Shown: positions 1-10,279, counted from the first letter of the stretch. The stretch is DNA of 64,000 bases from an uncultured Candidatus Binatia bacterium (GCA_965242525.1 OZ251459.1:1952001-2016000), one strand, 5' to 3'. Notes: a model not told the origin generated them from the sequence alone. Numbers and translations are program-made.

Positions 1-521
1 CCGTAGGGGGCCAGTTCCTGGGCCAGGGACTTGGTGAAGCCGATGACGCCGGCCTTGGCCGCGGAGTAGGGGGTGCGCAGGGCGCAGCCGGTGAACCCGT
101 AGTTGGAGGCGGTGTTGACGATGCGGCCGCTTCGCCTTTCCATCATGGCCGGCGCCACTTCGCGGCAGAAGAGGAAGGTCCCCTTCAGGTTGACGTCCAT
201 GACCTCCCGCCATTCCGCCCAGGACAGGTCCTCCACCGCCTTCACGTGGATGGTCCCCCCGGCCAGGTTGGCGAGGAAGTCCACGGGACCGAGGTCCCGG
301 CGCACGCGCGCCGCCACGTCCCTGACCTCCGCGGCCCGGGTGACGTCCACCTCGTAGGCCCGGGCTTGCGCCCCCGCACGGGCCAGCTCTCCCGCGACCC
401 GCTCTGCGCCTTCCCGGTCCGCGTCGGCAATGGCCACGGCGATTCCCGCCCGGGCGAACCGCAACGCCACGCAACGTCCGATGCCGTTGGCGCCGCCGCT
501 GACGATAGCCACCTCGCTCAA
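1..521 (-). CDS. SDR family oxidoreductase (FabG-like), 3' end runs off the window
   Basis: Manual translation from TTG at 521 after a GAAGGAG RBS gives MSEVAIVSGGANGIG (GxxxGxG), NLAG and YSAAKAG (YxxxK). Not in the ORF track because it is truncated. Confidence 0.88.
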   Translation of the reverse strand, partial: MSEVAIVSGGANGIGRCVALRFARAGIAVAIADADREGAERVAGELARAGAQARAYEVDVTRAAEVRDVAARVRRDLGPVDFLANLAGGTIHVKAVEDLSWAEWREVMDVNLKGTFLFCREVAPAMMERRSGRIVNTASNYGFTGCALRTPYSAAKAGVIGFTKSLAQELAPY

Positions 522-566
522 CTCAGTCTCCTTCCCGTGACGGCGCCGGGCCGCGCCGGAAGCGGA

Positions 567-1949
567 TCAGAGGAAGTCCTCCAACCGGACCTGGCCCGCC
601 CCCATGGGTTGCAGGCGCTCGAACTCGAACCGCCGGGCGGGGTCGCACTCCGGCGGCTTGGTGGCGTCGATCATCACCTTGCCGCCTACCCGGTGCCAGC
701 CCGGCGCCCCGGGGGCGCCCACCTCTTGGCACGAAGGGTCCATGGCGTGGACCCTGGCCCCGGGTATGGTGATGATGTCCTCCGCCGGGTTCACCCGCGT
801 GGAGACGGCCCACAGCACGTCCGCGTAGTTGAATATGTCCACGTCCTCGTCCACCGCGATGGCCACCTTGGGGTGCTGGTACTCGCTCGACAGGGCGGCC
901 ATGAGCACGTTCCTGGCCTCGCCGTAATAGCGGGCGTTCATCTGCACGACCACGCCGAAGATCCCCGGCAGCACCAGCACGTTCCGCACCTGGGCGCCGC
1001 CGCCGACGCTCCGTATGCGCCGGAGTATCTGCGCCGACATGGGCACCTTGTGATAGACGCACCCCTCCACCTCGGCGCCGTTCTGGATGTTCTTGAATAT
1101 GGCGTCGCCCCGCATGGTCATGGCGTCGATCCGGAACACCGGGTTCTGCCCCGCTCCCGCCAAGTAGTAGTCCTGGAACTCGCTGAAGGGGCCTTCCTCC
1201 TCCCGCACGTTGGGCAGGATCTCCCCTTCCAGCACCACCTCCGCCTGGGCCGGCGCCTCCATGTCGATGGTCTCGCACTTGACCATCTCCACTTCTTCCT
1301 GCAGCAACGCCGACGCGATGGCGAGCTCGTCCGTGCCGTAGTCCGTGCTGGTGGCCGCGGCAAAGTAGTACATGGGGTGGTGGCCGATCATCACCGCCAC
1401 CGGCATGCCCTCGCCCCTGGCCTCGTGCTTCCGGTAGTTGGCCCAACTGTGCCGCGGATAGAGCAGGATGCCGGTCTTGCGCGGCCCCTTCATCTGGAGG
1501 CGGTGGAAGCTCAGGTTGCGGCGCCCGGTGTCCGGGTCCTTGGAGACCACCAACCCCGCGGAGATGAACGGGCCGCCGTCCCGGACGCCGCACTGGTGGA
1601 TGGGCAGGGTGGTGATGTCCACCTGGTCGCCCGTGAACACCCGCTCCTTGACCGGTCCCGAGGACACCAGCCGGGTGGAGCCGCCCTTTCCGGTGCGCCG
1701 GACGAACTCCGGCACCATCTCGTCGCGGTCGCAGCCGAAGGCTAGCGGCGCCAGCCGGACATCCCCCGGCGCCTGCCCGAGGCAACGCCACCCCGGGAAA
1801 CCCTCCAAGTTATCGAACAGCAGCGCCCGTTCCCGGGACTGCCACAAGAGCGCGCCCATCTGCGTCCGCGGGTCCACCGGCTTGGAGACGGTGTCGAGCA
1901 GGCCTGCGCCGCGCAACTGGTCGATCCAGGTGCGTATGTCCTTCTTCAT
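567..1949 (-). CDS. UbiD family (prFMN-dependent) decarboxylase
   Basis: MKKDIRTWIDQL start, SFHRLQ, EEGPFSEF catalytic motif, VDEDVDIF...VLWA, and DATKP near the C-terminus. Confidence 0.92.
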   Translation of the reverse strand: MKKDIRTWIDQLRGAGLLDTVSKPVDPRTQMGALLWQSRERALLFDNLEGFPGWRCLGQAPGDVRLAPLAFGCDRDEMVPEFVRRTGKGGSTRLVSSGPVKERVFTGDQVDITTLPIHQCGVRDGGPFISAGLVVSKDPDTGRRNLSFHRLQMKGPRKTGILLYPRHSWANYRKHEARGEGMPVAVMIGHHPMYYFAAATSTDYGTDELAIASALLQEEVEMVKCETIDMEAPAQAEVVLEGEILPNVREEEGPFSEFQDYYLAGAGQNPVFRIDAMTMRGDAIFKNIQNGAEVEGCVYHKVPMSAQILRRIRSVGGGAQVRNVLVLPGIFGVVVQMNARYYGEARNVLMAALSSEYQHPKVAIAVDEDVDIFNYADVLWAVSTRVNPAEDIITIPGARVHAMDPSCQEVGAPGAPGWHRVGGKVMIDATKPPECDPARRFEFERLQPMGAGQVRLEDFL

Positions 1950-2031
1950 GGGGCTGTCCCGATGTTCCGAGGCGGGTCCGAACCCGTGGTCCGGCGCAGG
2001 GACGCTCCGGACCACGGGCGGGTCGGTCGGG

Positions 2032-3129
2032 CTATTTCGTCTTGCGCGCCTGGAGCGCGGGGATGTACTCGTTCTTGAGGTAGTCCCATCCCGGCGAAGG
2101 CCGGAGCATGGTCCGGACGATCTTGTCCACGTCCGCGCCGCGGAAGTAGTCCAGCTTGAGGCCGAAGATCCGCTCCCACTCCTCGATGTACGCCGGGTCG
2201 GAGTACATCTTGTCGAAAGCCGCCCGGATGGCGGCCACGCGGTCCAGGGGCGTGCCGGGAGGCATCACCAGGGTCCGGTTCAGCGTCCGCATGGTGGGTC
2301 CCGTCAGCTTGTAGGCTTCCCACGCGGGACCCGAGGGGGCCTCGCCCTTTACCTGCTCATAGACTTCCTCGAAGGTCGGGATGTCCGTGCCCGGCGAGCG
2401 CACGACCTTGCCGTCCGGGGTCAACACTCCGCCCTGCCAGATGACCACCGCCACGCCTTCCTTGATGGGTCCGTAGTAGCGTCCGCCGGTGCCGAGCACG
2501 TGATGGAGCCCGGTGCCCCCCACGTAGGAGACCTCCCCGGACAGGAACGCCAGGGCCATCTGGGCCGTGCCCGGGTATCCCACCGCGTAGCTGTAACCCT
2601 TGATGCCCAGCAGGTCGAGGCCGATCACGTCGTTCAGGAACGACGGGCCGGTGATGGAGCGTCCGGAAATCGCGATCTTCGTCGGGTCGATCCTGGTCAG
2701 CTCCACGCCGGTCCTGACCTCGAGGAAATCCCGGACGATGGCCGCGGAAGCGCCGCTGGTGCCGAAGATCGCCGGCATCTTCATCAAGTCGTAGTTCGGC
2801 CTGGGGTCGTTCAGGGCCTGGCTGCCCAGGTGGGAGGTGCCCATGATGGACCAGGTGAGGCCGTCCTTCTTCGCCTTGTTGGCCACGTAGGCGCCATGGA
2901 TGAGACCCGCCGCCCCGGGCATGTTGATCTTGACGACCTTCCTGGGCATGCCCGGAAGGTACTTGCCGATGGAGCGGGCGATCAACCGGCCTTCCGTGTC
3001 GTGCCCTCCACCGGGAGAGTATCCGGAGAGTATCCGGATCCGCTTGCCTTCGGTAAACGCCTGGGCGGAACCCTGGACCAGGAGCCAGAGCACCGCCAGG
3101 AGCACGAGGGAAACGCCGCGTTTCACCAT
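2032..3129 (-). CDS. Tripartite tricarboxylate transporter substrate-binding protein (TctC/Bug-like)
   Basis: Signal peptide, GYSPGGGHD...R, NMPGAAG, YPG...A...GEV, PPGTP. Confidence 0.85.
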   Translation of the reverse strand: MVKRGVSLVLLAVLWLLVQGSAQAFTEGKRIRILSGYSPGGGHDTEGRLIARSIGKYLPGMPRKVVKINMPGAAGLIHGAYVANKAKKDGLTWSIMGTSHLGSQALNDPRPNYDLMKMPAIFGTSGASAAIVRDFLEVRTGVELTRIDPTKIAISGRSITGPSFLNDVIGLDLLGIKGYSYAVGYPGTAQMALAFLSGEVSYVGGTGLHHVLGTGGRYYGPIKEGVAVVIWQGGVLTPDGKVVRSPGTDIPTFEEVYEQVKGEAPSGPAWEAYKLTGPTMRTLNRTLVMPPGTPLDRVAAIRAAFDKMYSDPAYIEEWERIFGLKLDYFRGADVDKIVRTMLRPSPGWDYLKNEYIPALQARKTK

Positions 3130-3168
3130 GAGATTCCTCCCTTCCGGGTTCGCTCGCTCCACGGGCTG

Positions 3169-4260
3169 CTAGGAACTCGCGAACTTGCGGAGATAAGCCT
3201 GCCATTCGGTGGGCGCCATGGTTTCGTCCCGGATCTTCTCCGCCTCTTCCGGCGTGACCAGGACAGGCGCCAGCTTCTGGCCGAACACCTTCTCCCAGTC
3301 CGCGACGAAGCCCGGGTCCGCGGCCATCTTCGCGACCCCCGCGCGCAGCTCCGCGACCTTGGCCTGCGGCGTGGACGGCGGCAGCACCAGGGTCCGGGTC
3401 AGCTTGGCCATGCCGAGGCCGATGGCGCGCCAGGACTCCCAGTCGAGGCCGGAGGGGTCCTTGCCGTGGACTTCCCGATAGACTTCCAACAGAGTCGGCA
3501 CGTCCCCCTCCACCGTATCGGAACGGACGATGCTCCCGTCCTCCTTGAGGATGCCGCTCTGCCACATGGGGAAGACCAGACCCCTCTTGTGCATATCGAC
3601 GAACGCGCCGCCGCCCACTAGGTGGGCGTCGCTGGCAACGAAGAAACTCGCCTCGTCCCGCTCCATGGCGGCCTTGATGGGCGACGTCCCCCGATAGGCG
3701 CAGACCGCCTTGAAGCCCTCCACCCCCAGGAGCTTCAAGGCCAACTGGCCGCGCAGACACGAGGACCCCTGCTTGGACCGGCCCGCCAGCACGACCCTGG
3801 AGCGATCCGTCCCGGCCATGAACTCCCTGGCGGTCTTCGCCCCGAGGAAGTCCCTGACGATATGGACCTGGATGCCTGCCACCGACCAGATGATCGGCAT
3901 CCTGGCCAAGTCGTACTTGACCATCTCCGGCGGCGCCAGCACCGCCTGGAGTCCGTGGCTGCTGCCGAACAGGCCGATGGTTCCCCCGTCCGGCTTGGCC
4001 CGGTTGAAGACGTAGCTCGACATGATCATGCCGCCGGCTCCGGGCATGTTCTGGACCAGGACCTTGGGGTTTCCCGGAAGGTATTGGCCCAGGTGCCGCG
4101 CCATGATGCGCGCTTCGAGGTCGTGTCCTCCCCCGGGCGGATAACCGATCAGGATCCGGACGTTCGCCGCCTGGGCCGTGGCCGTCCATCCGGCCAGGAG
4201 CGCACCGCAAAGCAACAACAGGAACCGTGTGCGCCAACGCGCCAGTCTTGGTCTCTCCAT
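3169..4260 (-). CDS. Second TctC/Bug-like substrate-binding protein
   Basis: Signal peptide, GYPPGGGHDLEAR, VQNMPGAGG, AKPDG; paralog of the adjacent gene. Confidence 0.85.
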   Translation of the reverse strand: MERPRLARWRTRFLLLLCGALLAGWTATAQAANVRILIGYPPGGGHDLEARIMARHLGQYLPGNPKVLVQNMPGAGGMIMSSYVFNRAKPDGGTIGLFGSSHGLQAVLAPPEMVKYDLARMPIIWSVAGIQVHIVRDFLGAKTAREFMAGTDRSRVVLAGRSKQGSSCLRGQLALKLLGVEGFKAVCAYRGTSPIKAAMERDEASFFVASDAHLVGGGAFVDMHKRGLVFPMWQSGILKEDGSIVRSDTVEGDVPTLLEVYREVHGKDPSGLDWESWRAIGLGMAKLTRTLVLPPSTPQAKVAELRAGVAKMAADPGFVADWEKVFGQKLAPVLVTPEEAEKIRDETMAPTEWQAYLRKFASS

Positions 4261-4317
4261 GACGTTTACTCCTTATCCGTGGACCGCTTCACCCCACCCG
4301 GTCCGGCCTCGAACGCA

Positions 4318-4360
4318 AACGGGCTGAGGACTCCAGTTGACCCGAGATCCTCAGCCCGTT
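4318..4360. other. 13-bp perfect stem-loop in the intergenic region upstream of tctC
   Basis: AACGGGCTGAGGA (4318-4330) pairs with TCCTCAGCCCGTT (4348-4360). Confidence 0.6.
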
Positions 4361-4445
4361 CGATATCGGCCGGCCCCTTCCGGGAACCGGCCCGCGTCAC
4401 GAGTGTCGCTGGCACGAATCCAGGGACGCTCTCTCCGTGCGAAGC

Positions 4446-4856
4446 CTATTTCTTTTTCGCTTTCGGCTTGGGGATCGACATCTTGGCCGTGGCCAGGGTT
4501 TTCCCGTCACCGTCCACCAGCTCGACCGAGTAGTCGCCGGGCTTCAGCAGCCTCTTGAAGGTCCGTCCCCTGATGCTCCACACCGAGGCTACCGCGCCGT
4601 TGGCGTCTGCCTTCTCGAACGCCGGCTTGGCCAGAAAGCTCACGTCGGACAGTACGCCGCCCATCATGGTGCGGACGCCGACCTCCTGGCCCGGCTTCAG
4701 TCCCGATGCAAAGAGCAGCACCGGTCCGGCCTTCTTCAGCGTGCCGGGAGACACGTTGAACATGACGTCGCCCGCAACCGCCGTACCGATCGACGACAAC
4801 AGGAACAACGCCCCCAGGACTACCGCCATGCCGGCCAGCCTCTTCTTCGCAGCCAT
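4446..4856 (-). CDS. Hypothetical exported protein with a Lys-rich tail
   Basis: AAAGGAGG RBS before MAAKKRLAG, hydrophobic signal peptide ending AVA, C-terminus KPKAKKK. Confidence 0.75.
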   Translation of the reverse strand: MAAKKRLAGMAVVLGALFLLSSIGTAVAGDVMFNVSPGTLKKAGPVLLFASGLKPGQEVGVRTMMGGVLSDVSFLAKPAFEKADANGAVASVWSIRGRTFKRLLKPGDYSVELVDGDGKTLATAKMSIPKPKAKKK

Positions 4857-4909
4857 AAGCCACCTCCTTTGGGTTTGATTTTCCACTGATCCCAGACAGC
4901 TTCGACCCT

Positions 4910-4939
4910 TTTATACGTAAGCCCCGACGGGAATGTCAA
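4910..4939 (-). promoter_or_regulatory. sigma70-like promoter TTGACA-N18-TATAAA
   Basis: Near-consensus boxes in an AT-rich patch; a second TTGACA lies 12 bp upstream. Confidence 0.6.
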
Positions 4940-4971
4940 GAGCCTTGTCAAGCAAACTTTCCGCCCCCCGG

Positions 4972-5508
4972 TCAGATCGGAACCAGACCCGAAAGGTGCC
5001 TTTCCACCAGCCCCAGGATGAACTCCTGGGGCGCGTTCACCAGGCCCGGGGGCCAGGGGATGTGCAGCACCATCTCGAACACGCCGATCATGAACACCAC
5101 CATGACCACGGTGTAGACCACCGCGACCTTCCACGACTCGCCCGCCTGGAGGTACAGGTACAGGAGCAGGAAGAGGGGCACGCTCAGGATGAACCCGATG
5201 ACCCAGATGGACAGGTACAGGCCGAAGATCCATCCGAAGATGTTGGCCGCGCGTCGAATCACCACCGCCACGGGCACGCTGCGGTCCACCGGCAGGTCCA
5301 TCATGCCGGCCGCGTCTTCGCCGCCGTCCTTGCCGCGGAACAGGTCCAGCCCCAGTTGCAGGAAGCACAGGAGCATGGTGGGGATGCCGATGGTCCACGG
5401 GAACAGCCTCGCCTGGTACTGCCACTGCTTGGCGGTGGCCACCAGGGCCACCATCAACAACAGGATGAGGACCGTGAACAACGCGCCCGGGTTGGCCCTA
5501 AGCTTCAT
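4972..5508 (-). CDS. TctB family small membrane subunit
   Basis: MKLRANPG start, about 4-5 hydrophobic segments, L.IPWPPG C-terminal motif, directly downstream of tctA. Confidence 0.82.
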   Translation of the reverse strand: MKLRANPGALFTVLILLLMVALVATAKQWQYQARLFPWTIGIPTMLLCFLQLGLDLFRGKDGGEDAAGMMDLPVDRSVPVAVVIRRAANIFGWIFGLYLSIWVIGFILSVPLFLLLYLYLQAGESWKVAVVYTVVMVVFMIGVFEMVLHIPWPPGLVNAPQEFILGLVERHLSGLVPI

Positions 5509-7030
5509 CGGCTTCCCCGCTCCGCTCGCGCCCGGCCTGCGCCTCCCGCGCACGCTGCAGCTCCTGTTGCCTGCGCGTGCTGCGGATGCCGTAGTAGAGG
5601 CTCCCCGCGATGAGCACCGACACCACCAGGACGATGGGGCGCAACAGCCACCCGGCGCCGTAGCGGCTGATGGAGATGAAGAGGTAGTTCTCGATGATGC
5701 CGCTGAGCACGAGACCCAGGATCAGCGGCGGCCGCGGCCAACTGAACCGCTTCATGAACCAGCCCAGGAGCGAGAAGAACAGCAGCGACCACAGGTCCCC
5801 GTAGTGCCGGGTGGCCTGGAACGACGCCAGGAACACGATGACCACCACCAGCGGGGTCAGCAGGTTGATCCGCACCATGGCGATCTTGGCCAGGGTGTTG
5901 GTGAGCAACATGCACAGCACGGTGCCGAAGATGTTGGCGATGGCCAGGCTCCAGATCATGGTGTAGGTCACCGCCAGGTCCTTGGTGAGCATGGCCGAGC
6001 CCGGGGTCAGCCCCTGGATGGTCATGGCGCCCAGCAACAGGGCCATGGAGGCGCTGCCCGGCACGCCGAAGGCGATGGTGGGGATCAGGGCCCCGCCCTC
6101 CTTGGCGTTGTTGGCGGCTTCCGGCGCAAGGACGCCGCGCACGTCGCCGGTGCCGAAGGTCTTGTTGGCGTCCTTCTCCGTCTGTATGGCGTGGCCGTAG
6201 GCGAACCAGTCCACCACCGACGCGCCCAGCCCCGGTATGGCGCCCACGAAGACCCCCACCACCCCGCAGCGCAGGACCAGGAACCAGTTGCGGAAGGTGT
6301 CCCGGATCCCCGACATGACGCCCTTCAACCGTTCCTTGGGCACGTCCGCGATGCGCGTGCCCCGAATGGTCAGATCGACGATCTCGGGGATGGCGAAGAT
6401 CCCCAGGGCCACCGGCACCAGGGGCACGCCGTCCCACAGGTACAGTTGGCCGAACACCCAGCGGAGCACCCCGGTCTGGGGGTCCATTCCCACCATGCCC
6501 ACGCACAGGCCGATGGCGCCGGCCACGAGGCCCTTCACCGGGGCGTTGCCGCTCAGCACCGCCACCATGGAGATGCCCAGGAGGCCGAGCATGAAGAATT
6601 CGGGGGAGCCGAACGCCAGCACGATGGGGCGCAGCACCGGGATGGAGAGGGCGAGCACCAGCGACCCGAACACGCCGCCCATCAGCGACGCCATGTAGGC
6701 GCCGCCGAAGGCCCGTCCGGCCTCGCCCTTCTTGGCCATGGGATGGCCGTCGAGGATGGTGGCCTGGGACGCCGAGGTGCCGGGGACGCCGAAGAGGACC
6801 GAGGGGATGGTGTCGGAGGTGCTCGTCACCGAGATCAGGCCGATCATGATGGCGAACGCCTCGAAGGAGTCCATGTCGAAGGTGAAGGGCAGGAGGATGG
6901 CAAGCCCCACGAGCCCCCCCAGGCCGGGGATCGCGCCCAGGGCCAGCCCCATGAGAACGCCGATCAACAGGTACCCCAACCGGGTCGGAACCAGGAGGTT
7001 CTCGAACGCCACGGTGGCGGCTTCCAGCAT
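5498..7030 (-). CDS. TctA family large permease
   Basis: GAIPGLG repeats, GVPG...DGHPMA, PEAANNAKEGGALIPT. Confidence 0.95.
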   Translation of the reverse strand: MLEAATVAFENLLVPTRLGYLLIGVLMGLALGAIPGLGGLVGLAILLPFTFDMDSFEAFAIMIGLISVTSTSDTIPSVLFGVPGTSASQATILDGHPMAKKGEAGRAFGGAYMASLMGGVFGSLVLALSIPVLRPIVLAFGSPEFFMLGLLGISMVAVLSGNAPVKGLVAGAIGLCVGMVGMDPQTGVLRWVFGQLYLWDGVPLVPVALGIFAIPEIVDLTIRGTRIADVPKERLKGVMSGIRDTFRNWFLVLRCGVVGVFVGAIPGLGASVVDWFAYGHAIQTEKDANKTFGTGDVRGVLAPEAANNAKEGGALIPTIAFGVPGSASMALLLGAMTIQGLTPGSAMLTKDLAVTYTMIWSLAIANIFGTVLCMLLTNTLAKIAMVRINLLTPLVVVIVFLASFQATRHYGDLWSLLFFSLLGWFMKRFSWPRPPLILGLVLSGIIENYLFISISRYGAGWLLRPIVLVVSVLIAGSLYYGIRSTRRQQELQRAREAQAGRERSGEADEA

Positions 7031-7065
7031 GGGAACTCCCTTCAGCCCGCACGGAAATCCACAGG

Positions 7066-7094
7066 GATATATCGGGGTCCGGGAAGGCTGTCAA
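7066..7094 (-). promoter_or_regulatory. sigma70-like promoter for tctA, TTGACA-N17-TATATC
   Basis: Sequence match upstream of the tctA start. Confidence 0.55.
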
Positions 7095-7233
7095 CCCGCT
7101 CCGGGGAGGACGCGCCTTGCCGGATGTTTGTAGGAAAAGGGCCGCTGGTGTAGGAATACCGCCGGGTTGCGGACCGAGCCGCGGCCCGGGGCCTCGTCCC
7201 ATTATCGTCTCGTTACCGGAAAGGACGGCTACC

Positions 7234-8142
7234 ATGGGGAACCTGGGAATCTGCTTCGTCAATCCCGCGCCGCAGATCGAGCCCGGCTACGTCACGGCCA
7301 TGGCGCGCAAATGCGACCAGGCGGGGCTGCATTCGTTCTGGACCATCGATCGCATCGCCTACGACAACCTGGAGGCGCTGACCGTGCTCGCGGCCGCGGC
7401 GGGCGCCACCGAGCGCATCCGGCTGGGGACCTCCGTGCTCCTGTCGGCCCTGCGCCATCCGGCGCTCCTGGCCAAGACCGTGGCCACCCTCGATTTCCTG
7501 TCCAACGGCCGCATGACCCTGGGCATCGGCTTCGGCAGCCGGGAGAACGATTTCAGTTCGGTGGAGGTCCCCTGGGAGCACCGGGGGAGCCGCGCCGAAG
7601 AGTCCCTCGGTCTCATGAAACGGCTCTGGACCGAGGACGAAGTGGAGCACCACGGCAGGTTCTACGACCTGCACAGCACCCGCTTCGGCCCCGGGACCGT
7701 CCAGGCGCCCCATCCCCCCGTGTGGATGGGGGGAACCGCGGACACGGTCCTGAAACGGGTGGGGCGGCTGGCCGACGGCTACATCTGCGGCAGCAGCGCG
7801 GTGCGCGACTTCGACTCGGTGTGGGAGAAGATCAGCGGCCACGCCCGGGCGGCCGGCCGGGACCCGGACGGCATCGAGAAGGCGGGCCTCACCTTCATGG
7901 CCCTCGACGACGACAAGGGCAAGGCGGTGGAAGCGTGCAGCGACTACCTGGTCCGCTACTACGGCAAGGTGCGCATGGACGTGGAGAAGTACATGCTGGT
8001 GGGGGGCGCCAACGAGTGCGCGGACCGAATCGGAAGCATTTTCGCCCGCGGACTCCAGACCCTGATCATCGGCTTGGCCATCGCCGACCTGCGGCAACTG
8101 GACGCCTTCGTGGAGAAGGTGCTGCCGCAAGTCCGGGGCTGA
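7234..8142 (+). CDS. LLM-class flavin-dependent oxidoreductase
   Basis: TERIRLGTSVL, RHPALLAK..ATLDFLSNGR..LGIG.G, PHPPVWMGG. Confidence 0.92.
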   Translation: MGNLGICFVNPAPQIEPGYVTAMARKCDQAGLHSFWTIDRIAYDNLEALTVLAAAAGATERIRLGTSVLLSALRHPALLAKTVATLDFLSNGRMTLGIGFGSRENDFSSVEVPWEHRGSRAEESLGLMKRLWTEDEVEHHGRFYDLHSTRFGPGTVQAPHPPVWMGGTADTVLKRVGRLADGYICGSSAVRDFDSVWEKISGHARAAGRDPDGIEKAGLTFMALDDDKGKAVEACSDYLVRYYGKVRMDVEKYMLVGGANECADRIGSIFARGLQTLIIGLAIADLRQLDAFVEKVLPQVRG

Positions 8143-8251
8143 AGCGCCGACCCGGCGGGAGCCCGTCCGGGCAGGCAGGGGGTCGGCGCCGGCCCGACCG
8201 GGGCCGCAGGCCATCGGGATTCCGGCCTCCGGCCGGCCCTCCCGCGGGACC

Positions 8252-8872
8252 CTACAGGGGAGCCGGCCCCTCGAAGTTGGACGTGTAGGGCAGTCCCTCG
8301 GCCGTCCGGGCCACCTGGTCCATGTTGGCGAGCAGCAGCGAAGTGGAGTCCCAGGCGCCGGTGGTGAGGGCGTTCCGGTGGCTGTCCAGGACGTCGATGT
8401 CCACGTGCCCGCCGTCCGGCAAGTGGACCTTCCGGGCCTCCAGGTCCACCGCGAGCTCGGCGTCGGGATTGGACTCCACCAGCGCCATCAGCTTCTCCAT
8501 CTCCTCGGGCGCCGCCGTCACCGTGGGCATGCCCAGCATCACGCTGCTGCCGGCGAAGATCGGCCCGAAGGATTCGCCGACGATGGCCCGGATGCCCCAG
8601 CGGTACAGGGCCTGGGGCGCGTGCTCCCGCGACGACCCGCAACCGAAGTTGCGGTTCACCAGCAGGATCTCTGCCCCCTGGAAGCGCGGCTCGTTGAACG
8701 GATGCGCCGCGGGTTTCCCGTCCGAGTCGAAGCGCTCGTCGAAGAACGGGTACTCGCCCATGCGGTGGAAAGTGATTTCCTTGAGGTAACGGGCGGGAAC
8801 GATCCGGTCGGTGTCGATGTCGTGCCCGCGCACCGCCACCGCCCTGCCTCTTACCTGCCTGATCTCGTTCAT
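8252..8872 (-). CDS. leuD: 3-isopropylmalate dehydratase small subunit
   Basis: [28 protein letters not shown]; own ATG at 8872. Confidence 0.95.
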   Translation of the reverse strand: MNEIRQVRGRAVAVRGHDIDTDRIVPARYLKEITFHRMGEYPFFDERFDSDGKPAAHPFNEPRFQGAEILLVNRNFGCGSSREHAPQALYRWGIRAIVGESFGPIFAGSSVMLGMPTVTAAPEEMEKLMALVESNPDAELAVDLEARKVHLPDGGHVDIDVLDSHRNALTTGAWDSTSLLLANMDQVARTAEGLPYTSNFEGPAPL

Positions 8873-8883
8873 GGGGACCTCGA

Positions 8884-10279
8884 TCAATTGAATTCGCGCA
8901 CGTCCACGACCCGGCCTTCGAGGGCCGCGGCCGCCACCATGGCGGGACTCATCAACAGGGTGCGCCCGCCCGGGCTCCCCTGGCGGCCGATGAAGTTGCG
9001 GTTCGAGGAAGAGGCGCACACTTCCCGGCCGCTGAGCTTGTCCGGGTTCATGGCCAGGCACATGGAGCAGCCCGCTTCCCTCCACTGGAAGCCGGCTTCG
9101 GTGAACACCCGGTGCAGCCCCGCGGCCTCGGCCTGTTTCTTCACGTCCGCGGACCCGGGCACCACCAGGGCCCTCACCCCCGCGGACACCTTCCTGCCTT
9201 CCGCAACCCGGGCCGCGGCCACCAAGTCCGAGAACCGCGAGTTCGTGCAGGAACCGATGAACGCCACGTCGATGGGGGTGCCGAGGATCGGCGCTCCGGG
9301 CTCCCAGCCCATGTGCTCGTAGGCCTTCTCCACCGTCTTGGGGTCTTCCATCTCTTCGGGCCGCGGCAGGTTCTCCCGCACTCCCACCGCCTGCCCGGGG
9401 TTGATCCCCCAGGTGACCGTGGGTTCGATGGCCGAGCCATCCAGGTCCACCACGTGGTCGTAGGAGGCGTCCGCGTCCGACGCCATGGAGCGCCAGTAGG
9501 CCACCGCCCGGTCGAAGGCGTCGCCTTTGGGAGCGAACGGCCGTCCGAGCAGGTAGTCGAAGGTGGTCTTGTCGGGGTTCACGTAACCCACCAGCGCCCC
9601 CCCCTCGATGCTCATGTTGCAGACGGTCATGCGTTCGTCCATGTTCATGCGGTCCAGCGCTTCCCCCCCGTACTCGTAGGCGAACCCCTTGCCGCCGCCG
9701 ACCCCGAGGCGCCGGATGATGGTCAGGATCACGTCCTTGGCGTGCACCCCCAGGGGGAGACGGCCGTTGACGTTGATACGCCACCTTGAGCCGGTCCATG
9801 GCCAGGGTCTGGGTGGCGAGCACGTCCCGGACCTGGGTCGTGCCGATGCCGAAGGCCAGGGTCCCGAAGGCCCCGTGGGTGCTGGTGTGGCTGTCGCCGC
9901 AGGCCAGGGTCATCCCCGGCTGGGTGAGGCCGAGCTGCGGGCCGATGACGTGGACGATGCCCTGCCGGCTGCTCTCCAGGCCGTAGAACTCGATGCCGAA
10001 GTCCCGGACGTTCTTCTCCAGGGCGGCCATCATGGCTTCGGCCTGCTCGTCGAGGAAGGGCCGGGAGCGCGCGTCCGTGGGGACGATGTGGTCCGCGGTG
10101 GCGAAGGTCCGCCGGGGATAGGCGATGGAAAGCCCGCGTTCCCGCAGCATGTCGAAGGCCTGCGGGGTGGTCACCTCGTGGACCAGGTGCAACCCGATGA
10201 AGAGCTGGGTCTGTCCGGTGGGGAGCGTGGCCACCGAGTGGGCGTCCCACACCTTGTCATAGAGGGTGCGTTCGGACAT
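8884..10279 (-). pseudogene. leuC: 3-isopropylmalate dehydratase large subunit, frameshifted near 9781 (pseudogene or assembly error)
   Basis: N-terminal part ([28 protein letters not shown]) and C-terminal part ([26 protein letters not shown]) are in different frames. Confidence 0.9.
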
